A DNA stretch of 64,000 bases. Origin: a virus. Its lineage: Duplodnaviria; Caudoviricetes. Each line of letters starts with the position of its first letter. The stretch's first letter is position 1. The translations under genes and the position numbers were made by a program. The notes beneath the pieces were generated by a model. It searched no databases, was not told the origin of the DNA, and worked only from the letters and a program-made list of their open reading frames with translations. Positions 40,417 through 49,984 of the stretch are shown piece by piece. Location of the stretch: IMG/VR virus record IMGVR_UViG_3300033463_000004, positions 160,001 to 224,000 of that record; one strand, given 5' to 3'.

Positions 40417-40861
40417 AAATTGGTCCGTTTCACAAACGGAATCAAATGTTAACGTAACTCTGAATCTGACATCATTTGATGATTTTGATTCAACCGGATT
40501 TATCAAGTACATCAAAGAATTTGGTGATACTGATATTGATATGTCTGAATATAAGGAATTAAAGAGTGCTAAAGAAGCAAATATTAAAATGCATGATCAT
40601 TTCAGAGGATTGAATCATGCTCAGATTGTTTGCGTATGTGATGAATTGTATGAAAAACTTCAAAAGAATCCGAAAAATGTATATAATAGAAAACTTCTGA
40701 AAGTCGGTATCGATATTCTTCAAGATTATGACGTTTTCTGGTGTCCTCCGGTTGATAAATATGATGGCGAACAAAACAAACAGTCTGATGACCCATACAA
40801 AGATCTTCCTTATGAGGGTAAGATGGTTGGTGGTGTATTCCGTAGACCAGCTGATGAGTAA
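40406..40861 (+). CDS. hypothetical protein
   Basis: GGGAGG RBS. Confidence 0.6.
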   Translation: MQIENWSVSQTESNVNVTLNLTSFDDFDSTGFIKYIKEFGDTDIDMSEYKELKSAKEANIKMHDHFRGLNHAQIVCVCDELYEKLQKNPKNVYNRKLLKVGIDILQDYDVFWCPPVDKYDGEQNKQSDDPYKDLPYEGKMVGGVFRRPADE

Positions 40862-40867
40862 ATGTAT

Positions 40868-40891
40868 AATGGTGGCCTTCGGGCCACCATT
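40868..40891 (+). terminator. terminator followed by TATATATCATT promoter-like motif
   Basis: AATGGTGGCC-TTCG-GGCCACCATT. Confidence 0.7.
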
Positions 40892-40914
40892 CTATATATC
40901 ATTTTAAGGAGTAT

Positions 40915-41826
40915 GTGCAAATGAATAAAGATCAGTATGTAAAACGCGTTCAGCGACATACTTGTGTTGTATGTGGATGTGAAGCAACTTCTGGTGGAAA
41001 TTGGTGGCCTAGTGGTGAAGTTGGTGTAATGCGCCTATATCAGGGACTCCCGATTTGCTGGGAATGTGCTTCTAGAATTTATGTACAATATCAAATGTAT
41101 GATAATAATTATGCATGGAGAGTAGCGCCATCAAGTTGGCAAAAATTAATCGTCGAACCAGTAAAAGAGAACACAGACAATCAACAAATTCAATTTGAAG
41201 AACAATGTGAACGTTGGAAAGATTTTGATATTGTGGATATAACAAAAGAAACATCGAGATCTGACGATACTCAATCTGAAAAAGTTCTTGTTGGTCATAT
41301 GTTCGCTGGTCATGAATATGACAAGGATTACATGGTGCAAACAATTCTCGGGGGAATTCGAGATTTTTCTGCAGGAGAATATCCAGAAGGTACATATTTC
41401 GATGTTGTTATTAGAAAGAAATCCGAAGAGATTTCAACCACAACACCACTGAGACTCCCAATATGGTTTCCAAAAGATTTGCGAGATTCTATTATATATT
41501 ATATCAAAAATATTCAAAGACGGGACACAAATGGTGTGTATGCCGTTGCAATGGAAGCATCGGATATTTTTCCAAATGCAAAACCGGAAAACTGGGTTGG
41601 ATTCATTACTGATATACAAATTGATTCAGATCCGTATCCTATTGACTGGGGTGTAATTAAAATGAATGATACAGAGATAGCAAAGGATGCTATTGCTGTC
41701 ATTAATTCATTATACACATTTAACAATACACATGTACATCTTACCCCACTCATATCCGGGGTTCAAGAAGATGACAAATTTACGATTGTCAGTTTGAATG
41801 GCTTCGTCATCAAAAAGGATGGTTAA
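40915..41826 (+). CDS. hypothetical protein with N-terminal CxxC...CxxC Zn finger
   Basis: CVVC...CWEC. Confidence 0.65.
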   Translation: MQMNKDQYVKRVQRHTCVVCGCEATSGGNWWPSGEVGVMRLYQGLPICWECASRIYVQYQMYDNNYAWRVAPSSWQKLIVEPVKENTDNQQIQFEEQCERWKDFDIVDITKETSRSDDTQSEKVLVGHMFAGHEYDKDYMVQTILGGIRDFSAGEYPEGTYFDVVIRKKSEEISTTTPLRLPIWFPKDLRDSIIYYIKNIQRRDTNGVYAVAMEASDIFPNAKPENWVGFITDIQIDSDPYPIDWGVIKMNDTEIAKDAIAVINSLYTFNNTHVHLTPLISGVQEDDKFTIVSLNGFVIKKDG

Positions 41827-41827
41827 T

Positions 41828-42211
41828 ATGTTAAAAAATAAAACTGTAATTCAATTAAAATTCAAAGTAAATCCGGAATTTCGTAATAAGATTTCGGATT
41901 TTCTGAAATGTGATAATGTAAAAGAAACATTCTGTCACGGGGGATTTATCATTGTCCCCCGTAATAAAAATGGTCAAAAAACATATTTATCTTTCCGATT
42001 TTTAGAAAAATGGATCGGACGAGTACAATCCATATTTCTCGATCCAATCAATCCTGAAAATGATTATGCTGATTGTGTTTCGTTTGATGGTCCGTGGTTT
42101 GGATTAAATAATAAATCATTTGATAACGTCTATGTTACTCCGGTGATTGTCCTTGATAAAGAAGACAATAACATCGCAGATATTCTTGGATGTATTTTGG
42201 AGGTGGAATAA
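41828..42211 (+). CDS. hypothetical protein, paralog of the C-terminal domain of 40915-41826
   Basis: W(I/V)G.(V/I)..I..D...D...V.(V/L)TP.I...G..(L/I) shared. Confidence 0.6.
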   Translation: MLKNKTVIQLKFKVNPEFRNKISDFLKCDNVKETFCHGGFIIVPRNKNGQKTYLSFRFLEKWIGRVQSIFLDPINPENDYADCVSFDGPWFGLNNKSFDNVYVTPVIVLDKEDNNIADILGCILEVE

Positions 42212-42939
42212 TGAATTCAAGATTACTGAGCTTCGCAACAAAAGAAGATTTCAATTTCATTCATTTTGTTGTAATTAAATTTGTAGAAACAGGAAGACGA
42301 ATTCCGGATTCATTGCAATTGGTTTTATCATATGATACATATTATCATGCGCTTGTAACAGGTCATAATGATCTCACGTTTTCCATATCTTTCCAGGATG
42401 ATTATCATAATATGGTATCAATGATAATTCCATATACTGATATCAATAATAAAATGATAAAAGTATATCCTGTTTTGACAATGGAAGAGTGTGAAAATTT
42501 ATGTAATCGCAGAATTGATGAAGTAATTGCACAGGCAAGTGTAACAAAATTACACTATACAGACGAAGAGTTGTTGAAGTTTATTTTATTCGGGCGAAAC
42601 ATTGATGAATTTGATGATAAACTTAAAGACACATATAAACGATATACAAAACAGCACATTGGTCATCTTATTGAAATAATGGATAAAGGATTGATCAAAG
42701 GTTTGCTGGCTGCTCAAGGATTGTATAATGGCAAACTTGATACATGCGCAATAACAAAATCATCCTGTAATCCACATACGTATTATGTGAACTTGAAAAT
42801 ATTACATACCGGAATGATGTCTTTTTATATCATAATTGGAAATAAATTTGATAAAGATATAAAAGATATAATATTGTCTGCAAGTGATATAGCTAACGAA
42901 TCAACCAATAATGGGGAGGAGTTTGATTATGATGTCTGA
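42211..42939 (+). CDS. hypothetical protein
   Basis: GGAGGTG RBS. Confidence 0.6.
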   Translation: MNSRLLSFATKEDFNFIHFVVIKFVETGRRIPDSLQLVLSYDTYYHALVTGHNDLTFSISFQDDYHNMVSMIIPYTDINNKMIKVYPVLTMEECENLCNRRIDEVIAQASVTKLHYTDEELLKFILFGRNIDEFDDKLKDTYKRYTKQHIGHLIEIMDKGLIKGLLAAQGLYNGKLDTCAITKSSCNPHTYYVNLKILHTGMMSFYIIIGNKFDKDIKDIILSASDIANESTNNGEEFDYDV

Positions 42940-43687
42940 ATACCTCAAAAAGTTAATATTGAGATCCGTACATCCGTCAAAAAGTCTTGAGAATGCAAAA
43001 GAAAATCCAACATCGGATAAACCAATATGCATAAATGGTGAATTCATGTGTGATGAACGTCTTCGTGAATTGATGGATGCCATTAATATTAATACAGCAA
43101 CCACCGAAGAAATCAAACATCGTTTAGGTACAAAATATACTGACAGATGCATCAATACTAACGAAAGACTTATGCATGAAATGAATCGTGAGTTGGCAAA
43201 TAAAATAGTTCATGCAAAACTTGATGAGTTCCTAGAAAATGAAATTATTAAGAAATATGATTTACATTTTTGCAAAGATTTACATTTTTGCAATAATGGG
43301 GAGTTTACTGGTTCGATATTCATTGCATCACCATTAACTTCAATGAATGATCAAGGTGGATATATAGGAATCAAAAAAGAAGTCAGATATGATTTTTCAA
43401 CATTATATGTATCATTAAAAATCGATTATATATTCACAACAGGTTCTTCACTCACGATAGTGAACGCATGGACGCATTGTTCGACCTACGAAGATAATAA
43501 ATTTACTATTAAACCCCCTGAAGAATTTTCTGGTTTGTTAACGTATCCAGAATTCGAGAGGGCTCAATTTCAGTTCTTTTGTGATCAACTTATTCCAATA
43601 ATTCAAGCATTGTTCGAAGATACATTTTCTGATGGATGGAAAGAAAGGCTTGGTATCACAGATGAAAAAGATAATTGTTGCGGATAA
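42929..43687 (+). CDS. hypothetical protein
   Basis: GGGGAGG RBS. Confidence 0.6.
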   Translation: MMSEYLKKLILRSVHPSKSLENAKENPTSDKPICINGEFMCDERLRELMDAININTATTEEIKHRLGTKYTDRCINTNERLMHEMNRELANKIVHAKLDEFLENEIIKKYDLHFCKDLHFCNNGEFTGSIFIASPLTSMNDQGGYIGIKKEVRYDFSTLYVSLKIDYIFTTGSSLTIVNAWTHCSTYEDNKFTIKPPEEFSGLLTYPEFERAQFQFFCDQLIPIIQALFEDTFSDGWKERLGITDEKDNCCG

Positions 43688-44015
43688 ATTTGATCCATCA
43701 TACATTTTTCGTCCAGCATTTATAAATGCAATGCAATCAAAGCTCCTTCGGGTTATGAAAAAATACCCGAAGGAGCAAAAGTTTCGTATGATACTTGAAC
43801 CAATATCTGATGAGAATAAAAATGTGGTTATATATATAAATGATTATCTCGAGAAAATGACACAAGAACATTCAGAATCATTACATAAGATATTAGAGTC
43901 AAAATCTGCAGAAGAAATAAATGAAATGTGTTCTGACTGGTTCAAGTCATATTTCTTAAAACCTTTAATAGAAGGAGTGAATAACAATGACACGAAGAAA
44001 GAAGAAGAAACTTGA
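43662..44015 (+). CDS. hypothetical protein
   Basis: packed ORF. Confidence 0.55.
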   Translation: MKKIIVADKFDPSYIFRPAFINAMQSKLLRVMKKYPKEQKFRMILEPISDENKNVVIYINDYLEKMTQEHSESLHKILESKSAEEINEMCSDWFKSYFLKPLIEGVNNNDTKKEEET

Positions 44016-44766
44016 GAATCGTGCAGGATTCTTTCATTATCGCGATTATAAATTGCGTGTGAAATTGTTGTATCATGCGATAGACGTGGTAATGAAATCA
44101 TCAGCGGCATATGCATTTAAAGTAGTTATGTTTGAGCATTTCAAGGGGTTGTTGCTGGGTCAAGTTCCGAAGAAGATTTGTGATCAGAATCTGAGATATA
44201 AACCTTTCCTCACAAATTGTGATGGAACGTTAGTCGGTAGGCATGCTGATATTGCGAAACCTGACGTGATTCCATCAATGAGCATGCGAATGGTTGGTGA
44301 TAAAATCCATTCATTCTCCATCGATGAGGATTCTTTCAAGAACGGATACAAACCCGATGAACTTGCACCCCCACTTCCAAAGGGTCCGCTTGACGGTCAT
44401 AAGTCGATGTCATCAGCCAAGCTGTCAGCTATTCACAATAATCCCACAATGGCGTCAGCCAAGTTGACGATTGAGCACGGGGATACAGATCGCATGAGTA
44501 GGCAGATTATGGCTGACGAATATATCAAAGGTGGATCTGCCATCGAATATCCTTCAAGTGCAACGATCGATCTGCGAAAAGCTGTCGGTCGATATGGTAA
44601 CATGTCTATCAAGGGCAATGAAGAAGACGTGTCTGAGCCGATTCATCTCGGTCCGATTGATCTGGGTCCTACTGATGGTGAACGTATCGAAGAACATCTG
44701 CTTCAGTCAGAAGATAAGAAGCGTAGGTTTGCATCCAACGCTTGCGAGGCTTCTGCATATGATTAA
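43987..44766 (+). CDS. hypothetical protein, basic N-terminal module (MTRRKKKKL)
   Basis: AAGGAG RBS. Confidence 0.6.
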   Translation: MTRRKKKKLENRAGFFHYRDYKLRVKLLYHAIDVVMKSSAAYAFKVVMFEHFKGLLLGQVPKKICDQNLRYKPFLTNCDGTLVGRHADIAKPDVIPSMSMRMVGDKIHSFSIDEDSFKNGYKPDELAPPLPKGPLDGHKSMSSAKLSAIHNNPTMASAKLTIEHGDTDRMSRQIMADEYIKGGSAIEYPSSATIDLRKAVGRYGNMSIKGNEEDVSEPIHLGPIDLGPTDGERIEEHLLQSEDKKRRFASNACEASAYD

Positions 44767-44778
44767 GGGGGAATTCTG

Positions 44779-45003
44779 ATGGATAAGGGTAAACGACCTA
44801 CGTGTGTCGAATGCAAATGGTATTCCGAAAAAGGTGGTCCGATCGGTTCATGCGAAAACACGGGTTATCGACTCGAATTAGAAGACTTCTGTAGGGTTCC
44901 CAAAAATCCGATGATGATCAAAGGTCCGAAAACTGGGGTTCCAACATGGTGCCATAAATTCTGGACAAGAAAGGAGGATTCAGATGAACTGGAGAAAACG
45001 TAA
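44779..45003 (+). CDS. small Cys-rich protein
   Basis: CVEC...C...C...PTWC. Confidence 0.55.
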   Translation: MDKGKRPTCVECKWYSEKGGPIGSCENTGYRLELEDFCRVPKNPMMIKGPKTGVPTWCHKFWTRKEDSDELEKT

Positions 45004-45565
45004 AAGATTGCGTCGTATTGCACAGCATTATGGATACACCCATTACTGGGAATACAAACGTAATCTGAAGTTCTGCATCTATTATACTGCATTTCAGAAC
45101 GCACTTGACAATGGGGAGATCCAATGGTCAGAAGTGCTTCCTAAGATGAATCAGATGTTTTGTAAAGCCGGACTTCCTGAGTATTGTATGACTCAGGAAG
45201 AATGGTATGCAAAAGTAATGGAGTCTGTCAATGAGCGGGAACGTCAACAAGACGAGGTGATCTTTCAGTTTATTGACGACGACTTCATGTCTCCATCCAT
45301 GAAAGTCAACAAACATGCCAATATCGTTGTCAAGAACAACTTCCACAAAAAGCTTGAAGATGCTGTAAGTGAAATGTGTGATCGTGACAAACCTGTTCAA
45401 CTTGGTTATATCGACTACCTTGGTATCGAAAAACTCAATGGTCCGATTAAAGAATTTCATGAAGCCGTCTGTGAATGTTTACGTGACCCAAATCCTATCA
45501 GTGAATATCATGGTATTGTTGAGGAGGTGACAGATAATGAATCGTCGTCAGAAGAAGAAACTTGA
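44984..45565 (+). CDS. hypothetical protein, basic N-terminal module
   Basis: MNWRKRKRL; AAAGGAGG RBS. Confidence 0.65.
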   Translation: MNWRKRKRLRRIAQHYGYTHYWEYKRNLKFCIYYTAFQNALDNGEIQWSEVLPKMNQMFCKAGLPEYCMTQEEWYAKVMESVNERERQQDEVIFQFIDDDFMSPSMKVNKHANIVVKNNFHKKLEDAVSEMCDRDKPVQLGYIDYLGIEKLNGPIKEFHEAVCECLRDPNPISEYHGIVEEVTDNESSSEEET

Positions 45566-45929
45566 AAAACGCCGTGGATACTTCAGATATTCCAAATTCA
45601 AGGAATGGAAACGGATTCTTGATTTCGGTATGAAGCACGGTGGGCAAACGTTCTACGAATGGTTTGTCGAAGGCAAACATCGTTCCGAAGCACATAAAGC
45701 TGGAACTGGAGTTGACATGTTGCTTATCACAACTAGCAAATCTGGAAAAGCTATCAAGCATATGCAGATTGCACAGGGGTGCTATCCGTCAGCAATGACA
45801 TCATCTGATGATGCATCGAATATCACACTGAGTTTCACAGCGGACTTTCACAATGGTGAATGTACAACCGACGTATTTCAGGAAGTGTATAACAGATATC
45901 AGGAATGGTTAGGAGGTATTCAGAAATGA
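45537..45929 (+). CDS. hypothetical protein, basic N-terminal module
   Basis: MNRRQKKKL; GAGGAGGTG RBS. Confidence 0.65.
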   Translation: MNRRQKKKLEKRRGYFRYSKFKEWKRILDFGMKHGGQTFYEWFVEGKHRSEAHKAGTGVDMLLITTSKSGKAIKHMQIAQGCYPSAMTSSDDASNITLSFTADFHNGECTTDVFQEVYNRYQEWLGGIQK

Positions 45930-46258
45930 AATGTCTCGAGTTTCCAAAGAAACCTTTCGAACAGTGTAAGTTCGACTATCCGGACGAGATGAAAAAGCTT
46001 GTCGACCTGCTTGAAGCAGATGGAATCAAAATCAATTGTGATTTGATGACACTCGAAAAGCTGTGGTTTGCCTATTCAGAAACATGGTCCGCTCACTTCC
46101 TGACAGTGGGTAACAATGATAAAGACGATACTTATCCAAGATTCCTTGAATGGGTCGAGGACATCGACATTGATACCGCTGATCATATGAATTATGAAGG
46201 AGAACAACTCGCGAGAGTTTGTCGTCCGTGGGATGATGAGGAGGATGATGATGAATGA
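45926..46258 (+). CDS. hypothetical protein
   Basis: AGGAGGT RBS. Confidence 0.6.
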   Translation: MKCLEFPKKPFEQCKFDYPDEMKKLVDLLEADGIKINCDLMTLEKLWFAYSETWSAHFLTVGNNDKDDTYPRFLEWVEDIDIDTADHMNYEGEQLARVCRPWDDEEDDDE

Positions 46259-46473
46259 AATTGAATAAGGTGATTGAGGAGCTACAGGCTCTCGCAGCCA
46301 AAGGATATGGCGAATATGATGTCACGTTTGTATGTGACGCCACTCAAACATATTTCAATGACTCAGAGTACACATATGGTACCGATAGTCGAACATTCGA
46401 TTTCGATGATCCAAGCCGCACACATAAAGCATATGATCAGCAGAAGATACTCGAGTTGCATTCAAAATGGTGA
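46255..46473 (+). CDS. hypothetical protein
   Basis: GAGGAGG RBS. Confidence 0.55.
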   Translation: MKLNKVIEELQALAAKGYGEYDVTFVCDATQTYFNDSEYTYGTDSRTFDFDDPSRTHKAYDQQKILELHSKW

Positions 46474-46477
46474 TTAC

Positions 46478-46510
46478 AAATGAGGAGCCCACACGGCTCC
46501 TCATTTTTTT
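46478..46510 (+). terminator. terminator
   Basis: AAATGAGGAGCC-CACAC-GGCTCCTCATTT plus T-run. Confidence 0.75.
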
Positions 46511-46558
46511 TTATATTATGACATGTATATCATTCATTCGAAAGGAGGTTGAATAGCC

Positions 46559-46849
46559 ATGCATTGGAAGAAACGTCATAAATTCCGGAAGCTTCTGCAC
46601 AGTAAGCTGCGGAAAAAACGTTGGTGGATGTGGATACCCGAAGATTTCAAATCATATGCTGATTACAAACGATACGTTCGTTCTTATTGCAGACGAAATG
46701 TACCATGTCCGCCAATGGATCCAGAAGTGAGAAAAGCCATAATCCAATCTGAATGGAATGGAATGCCAATACGAAAATGGAATGAGCAATTTGAGGATCG
46801 GATAATCCAAGGGATTGTCGATGCTGAAATAGAACGCTTAATGAAATAA
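46559..46849 (+). CDS. basic hypothetical protein
   Basis: AAAGGAGGT RBS; CATGTATATCATT promoter-like motif upstream. Confidence 0.6.
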   Translation: MHWKKRHKFRKLLHSKLRKKRWWMWIPEDFKSYADYKRYVRSYCRRNVPCPPMDPEVRKAIIQSEWNGMPIRKWNEQFEDRIIQGIVDAEIERLMK

Positions 46850-46864
46850 GAAGGAGGATAAACA

Positions 46865-47188
46865 ATGAAATTTATGATTTGTGATAAGGACGCATATCAT
46901 GAGATACCAACTCCGTCTTCTCAACTTGTAATGATCGATGGTCGCGCGTGTGCTCCGGGTCATAGGGTTGTAGATAAATATGCTGCAATCATGTACAACT
47001 ATAATCTGAAAATCGGAGAATGGTATCCATGTGAATTAGTATCCACTATGCCACTGCCCGATATGTCCGTATATGCATATGATATCCAAATTACTGGAAC
47101 GCTGAAATATATTTGCGTACGGAAACAGGAGATTGACGATGGATACGTCAAGCTCGATTTTGAGGAAGGAGAAACGGATGGAACGTAA
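46865..47188 (+). CDS. hypothetical protein
   Basis: AAGGAGG RBS. Confidence 0.6.
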   Translation: MKFMICDKDAYHEIPTPSSQLVMIDGRACAPGHRVVDKYAAIMYNYNLKIGEWYPCELVSTMPLPDMSVYAYDIQITGTLKYICVRKQEIDDGYVKLDFEEGETDGT

Positions 47189-47672
47189 GTTTACCGTGAG
47201 AATCAACGGCATTCCGCTCCATAAATGGTATCTGTACAATGAAGAGGGTATGCAGCATGTATGTCCTGAATGCGGGCATGTTGCCACTGTATCACAGAGC
47301 GAACTTGAACTGTGTCAAACATTGCAGCCTCGTGGTGTCAACATGTTCTCAAGACTGTATGAGAAAGTTGCACCACATATTCAATGCGTGAAATGTGGTT
47401 TTCGCAATCCGTATTGGATGTTCTGCATTCGGAAATATTCGAAAGAACTGACAATTGCCGATGTTGTCAAGAATTCGATCTCTAAAAAGATCTTTGATGA
47501 TCGGTCAATAATCTTTGATATGCCTTATACTCCCAGAGAGAATTGGGTTTGGAATCATTTGGCCAAGGATTTCGAAGGGGATACCATTGATACAATTTAT
47601 CTCACACCCAAACGTGGGCAATCACGAATGTGGCGTGGTTTGACAAAAGCATATACAAACTTTGGAGGTTAA
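47178..47672 (+). CDS. Zn-ribbon protein
   Basis: CPECG...CVKCG. Confidence 0.6.
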   Translation: MERKFTVRINGIPLHKWYLYNEEGMQHVCPECGHVATVSQSELELCQTLQPRGVNMFSRLYEKVAPHIQCVKCGFRNPYWMFCIRKYSKELTIADVVKNSISKKIFDDRSIIFDMPYTPRENWVWNHLAKDFEGDTIDTIYLTPKRGQSRMWRGLTKAYTNFGG

Positions 47673-48048
47673 TAATGGCAACACCGATTCCGAAAAGTGA
47701 TGCCCCTGTAGAAAAGGTCAAGGTTTCACACTGGATGCAAGTGAAATATGATCCGACCCTGTTGGAAGGTGCTCTCGAGATTGGTTGGATGGAGATGCGA
47801 AACAATTACAAAGACTGGGAAGCTGATGGAGACCGTCCGCTCACAGAAGACGATTTCTATTGGCTTGTTGATGTTGCGCTGAATGAGGCATATCCCTGTT
47901 GCTGGTTTCCATATACAAACAAATATCTCAGGGAACTGAAAATTGAGTATATCCGCGTTGGCGAAATGCGGATCAGTATCAATGATTACCACAAGCTCTT
48001 TACTCGCAGGGGTTTGACAAAACCATATACAAATTTCGGAGGTTAATA
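47637..48048 (+). repeat. 38-bp direct repeat (47637-47674 and 48011-48048) flanking one gene
   Basis: 35 of 38 positions identical; encodes GLTKxYTNFGG-stop plus RBS. Confidence 0.8.
47675..48046 (+). CDS. hypothetical protein
   Basis: GGAGGT RBS. Confidence 0.6.
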   Translation: MATPIPKSDAPVEKVKVSHWMQVKYDPTLLEGALEIGWMEMRNNYKDWEADGDRPLTEDDFYWLVDVALNEAYPCCWFPYTNKYLRELKIEYIRVGEMRISINDYHKLFTRRGLTKPYTNFGG

Positions 48049-49226
48049 TGGAACTGTTGAGAACTGATTCAAAGGAACAACTGTTTGAAAGCTATACGGA
48101 TCTGAAGTATGTTGATGGTGGTTGGATGCGTGCAGCAGATCGTATTGACAACATTGTCGACAACCATATCAACGCGGATCCGATCAAGAACCGCGATTAT
48201 CTTGTTGAGCTTCGTTGCAGATACGACGCTGATATCAATGCTGGACGTCCGTATTCTTTCACGACAGAATTTATCTATCATGAAGATGAACGTGACGGAT
48301 ACTGCTGGTTGAATGACTGGTATGAAGGTCAGCAAGATATTGATGTCATGCGAATTATCGCAGTGGATGAAATCGATGAATTCGAGTCAATCGAGTACAC
48401 AACATCGAAACTGTCCGAAGGCTATATTCCGGCAGACATCACGTCCGAGAACTATGCAAACATCTTTGATGCTACCATCAAATCGTGGATGAATAAGCAT
48501 GAAATGTATACAGACGTGATTGTCCGGCTTGCATACAAGGTGAAAAGCGATCCGGAAATCAGGATTCGCAATGAGTTCCTGGAGTTCAACGGGAATGAAG
48601 GTATCTTCGAATGGACTCACAAATGGGAACCTGAAGATCTGGAATTTTTCTATGCTACAGGGGTTATTGATCCGGATGACATCGAGAAGTATACCACCGT
48701 GTATACGGAACATGATGCACCGTCATATCGTGAAACAATCCGCAATGTATCTGGTTCGGTTGATGGTAAGACATTCGAACAATGGGCAAAGGGTATATAC
48801 AGGAAGCTTGACGAAACCCTGAAGAAGTTTGCAACCGAAAATGATTGCATGGGTGAAGAGCTTGTTGTTCTTTGGGTACATACCGAGGATTCGCAGTGGG
48901 TTCTTCGGAAAGACGTTTTCCATCTCTTGCATTCTACATTATGGGATTCACCCGAGTTAATGTATCAGGTTCCCGGTGGTGCATTTGCCTATTATGAGAA
49001 TATCATGATTTGGGCAATCAGACCGCTGTCACAGATCAAAGAATTCGATCATTGGTTTGTGTCGACACACAACTATGCCGTCAAACAGAAAACGTCGGTT
49101 CCGATTTCACAAACGAATCTGACACCGGAACAACTCAAGGACCTGAAAGCGATGGCGTTGGCTCCTGTGATAGATGCCATCAACGAGGAAATGAAATCGG
49201 GTGACAAGAATGATTCATCAGTTTGA
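48048..49226 (+). CDS. hypothetical protein with 2-3 internal domain repeats
   Basis: repeated V.L...EF.....W...W.....I..D.I..(F/Y). Confidence 0.65.
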   Translation: MELLRTDSKEQLFESYTDLKYVDGGWMRAADRIDNIVDNHINADPIKNRDYLVELRCRYDADINAGRPYSFTTEFIYHEDERDGYCWLNDWYEGQQDIDVMRIIAVDEIDEFESIEYTTSKLSEGYIPADITSENYANIFDATIKSWMNKHEMYTDVIVRLAYKVKSDPEIRIRNEFLEFNGNEGIFEWTHKWEPEDLEFFYATGVIDPDDIEKYTTVYTEHDAPSYRETIRNVSGSVDGKTFEQWAKGIYRKLDETLKKFATENDCMGEELVVLWVHTEDSQWVLRKDVFHLLHSTLWDSPELMYQVPGGAFAYYENIMIWAIRPLSQIKEFDHWFVSTHNYAVKQKTSVPISQTNLTPEQLKDLKAMALAPVIDAINEEMKSGDKNDSSV

Positions 49227-49716
49227 TTTGTACATGCTGATACACGGATATCTGTCGGGTGTTTACAAAGAGCAAATGGAACTGGGTCTGGTCGGAGGAT
49301 CGAATTTCTCATTTCACAAAATAACATTCGATCTCCGATCCAACCAGAATCTTCGTGGTACATATAATCGTTTGAAGGTCAATCGTGTGACGAAAGCGGG
49401 TGTTTCATATTGGGAGATTGCCCAGACGATTGTTAGTCCAACATTCAAGACAATCGGATTCGGTTGTTTGATTCAGATATACGATGATGGAACAATCGTA
49501 TTTGTTGACTCTAAGAATCCGATTCAACCGGTTGACAAAGGTTTTATGCTCGGATTACAAACTCGCATCGAGAAATACATCCAAAAGCATAAAGACGATC
49601 CAGCAATATCAGAATCAAATGCGGGAATCATGATCGAAATGAAAGACGGCGAAGTTCAAGTTCATGATGAACGTGATGATTATGACGAAGATATTTCAAA
49701 GTATTGGGGGTATTGA
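49210..49716 (+). CDS. hypothetical protein
   Basis: packed ORF. Confidence 0.6.
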   Translation: MIHQFDLYMLIHGYLSGVYKEQMELGLVGGSNFSFHKITFDLRSNQNLRGTYNRLKVNRVTKAGVSYWEIAQTIVSPTFKTIGFGCLIQIYDDGTIVFVDSKNPIQPVDKGFMLGLQTRIEKYIQKHKDDPAISESNAGIMIEMKDGEVQVHDERDDYDEDISKYWGY

Positions 49717-49717
49717 T

Positions 49718-49984
49718 ATGACACGACGCAAGAAGAAAAAGCTCGCTCGCCGAATGGGACTTCGACATTATCGCGATGCGAAAGCTGTCAAATATGCGGC
49801 AGACATTCTCATGAGAATGTCACACACGCTTGAAGAATCCTCATGGCCGAAACGCGATGACATCACGAAGTTACAAGAGGATTACACCAATGACATGTCA
49901 AAAGTATATCGTCATGTTTTGCGTACAGGACAGGTTCCTGTGAACAATAAAGAACTTATGGAGGTCATTCAACATGGGGAATGA
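49718..49984 (+). CDS. hypothetical protein, basic N-terminal module
   Basis: MTRRKKKKLARRMG. Confidence 0.6.
   Translation: MTRRKKKKLARRMGLRHYRDAKAVKYAADILMRMSHTLEESSWPKRDDITKLQEDYTNDMSKVYRHVLRTGQVPVNNKELMEVIQHGE

Noticed and set aside
47640-47670. Host sigma-A promoter at TTGACA in the direct repeats
   Set aside because: No -10 box at 16-18 bp spacing
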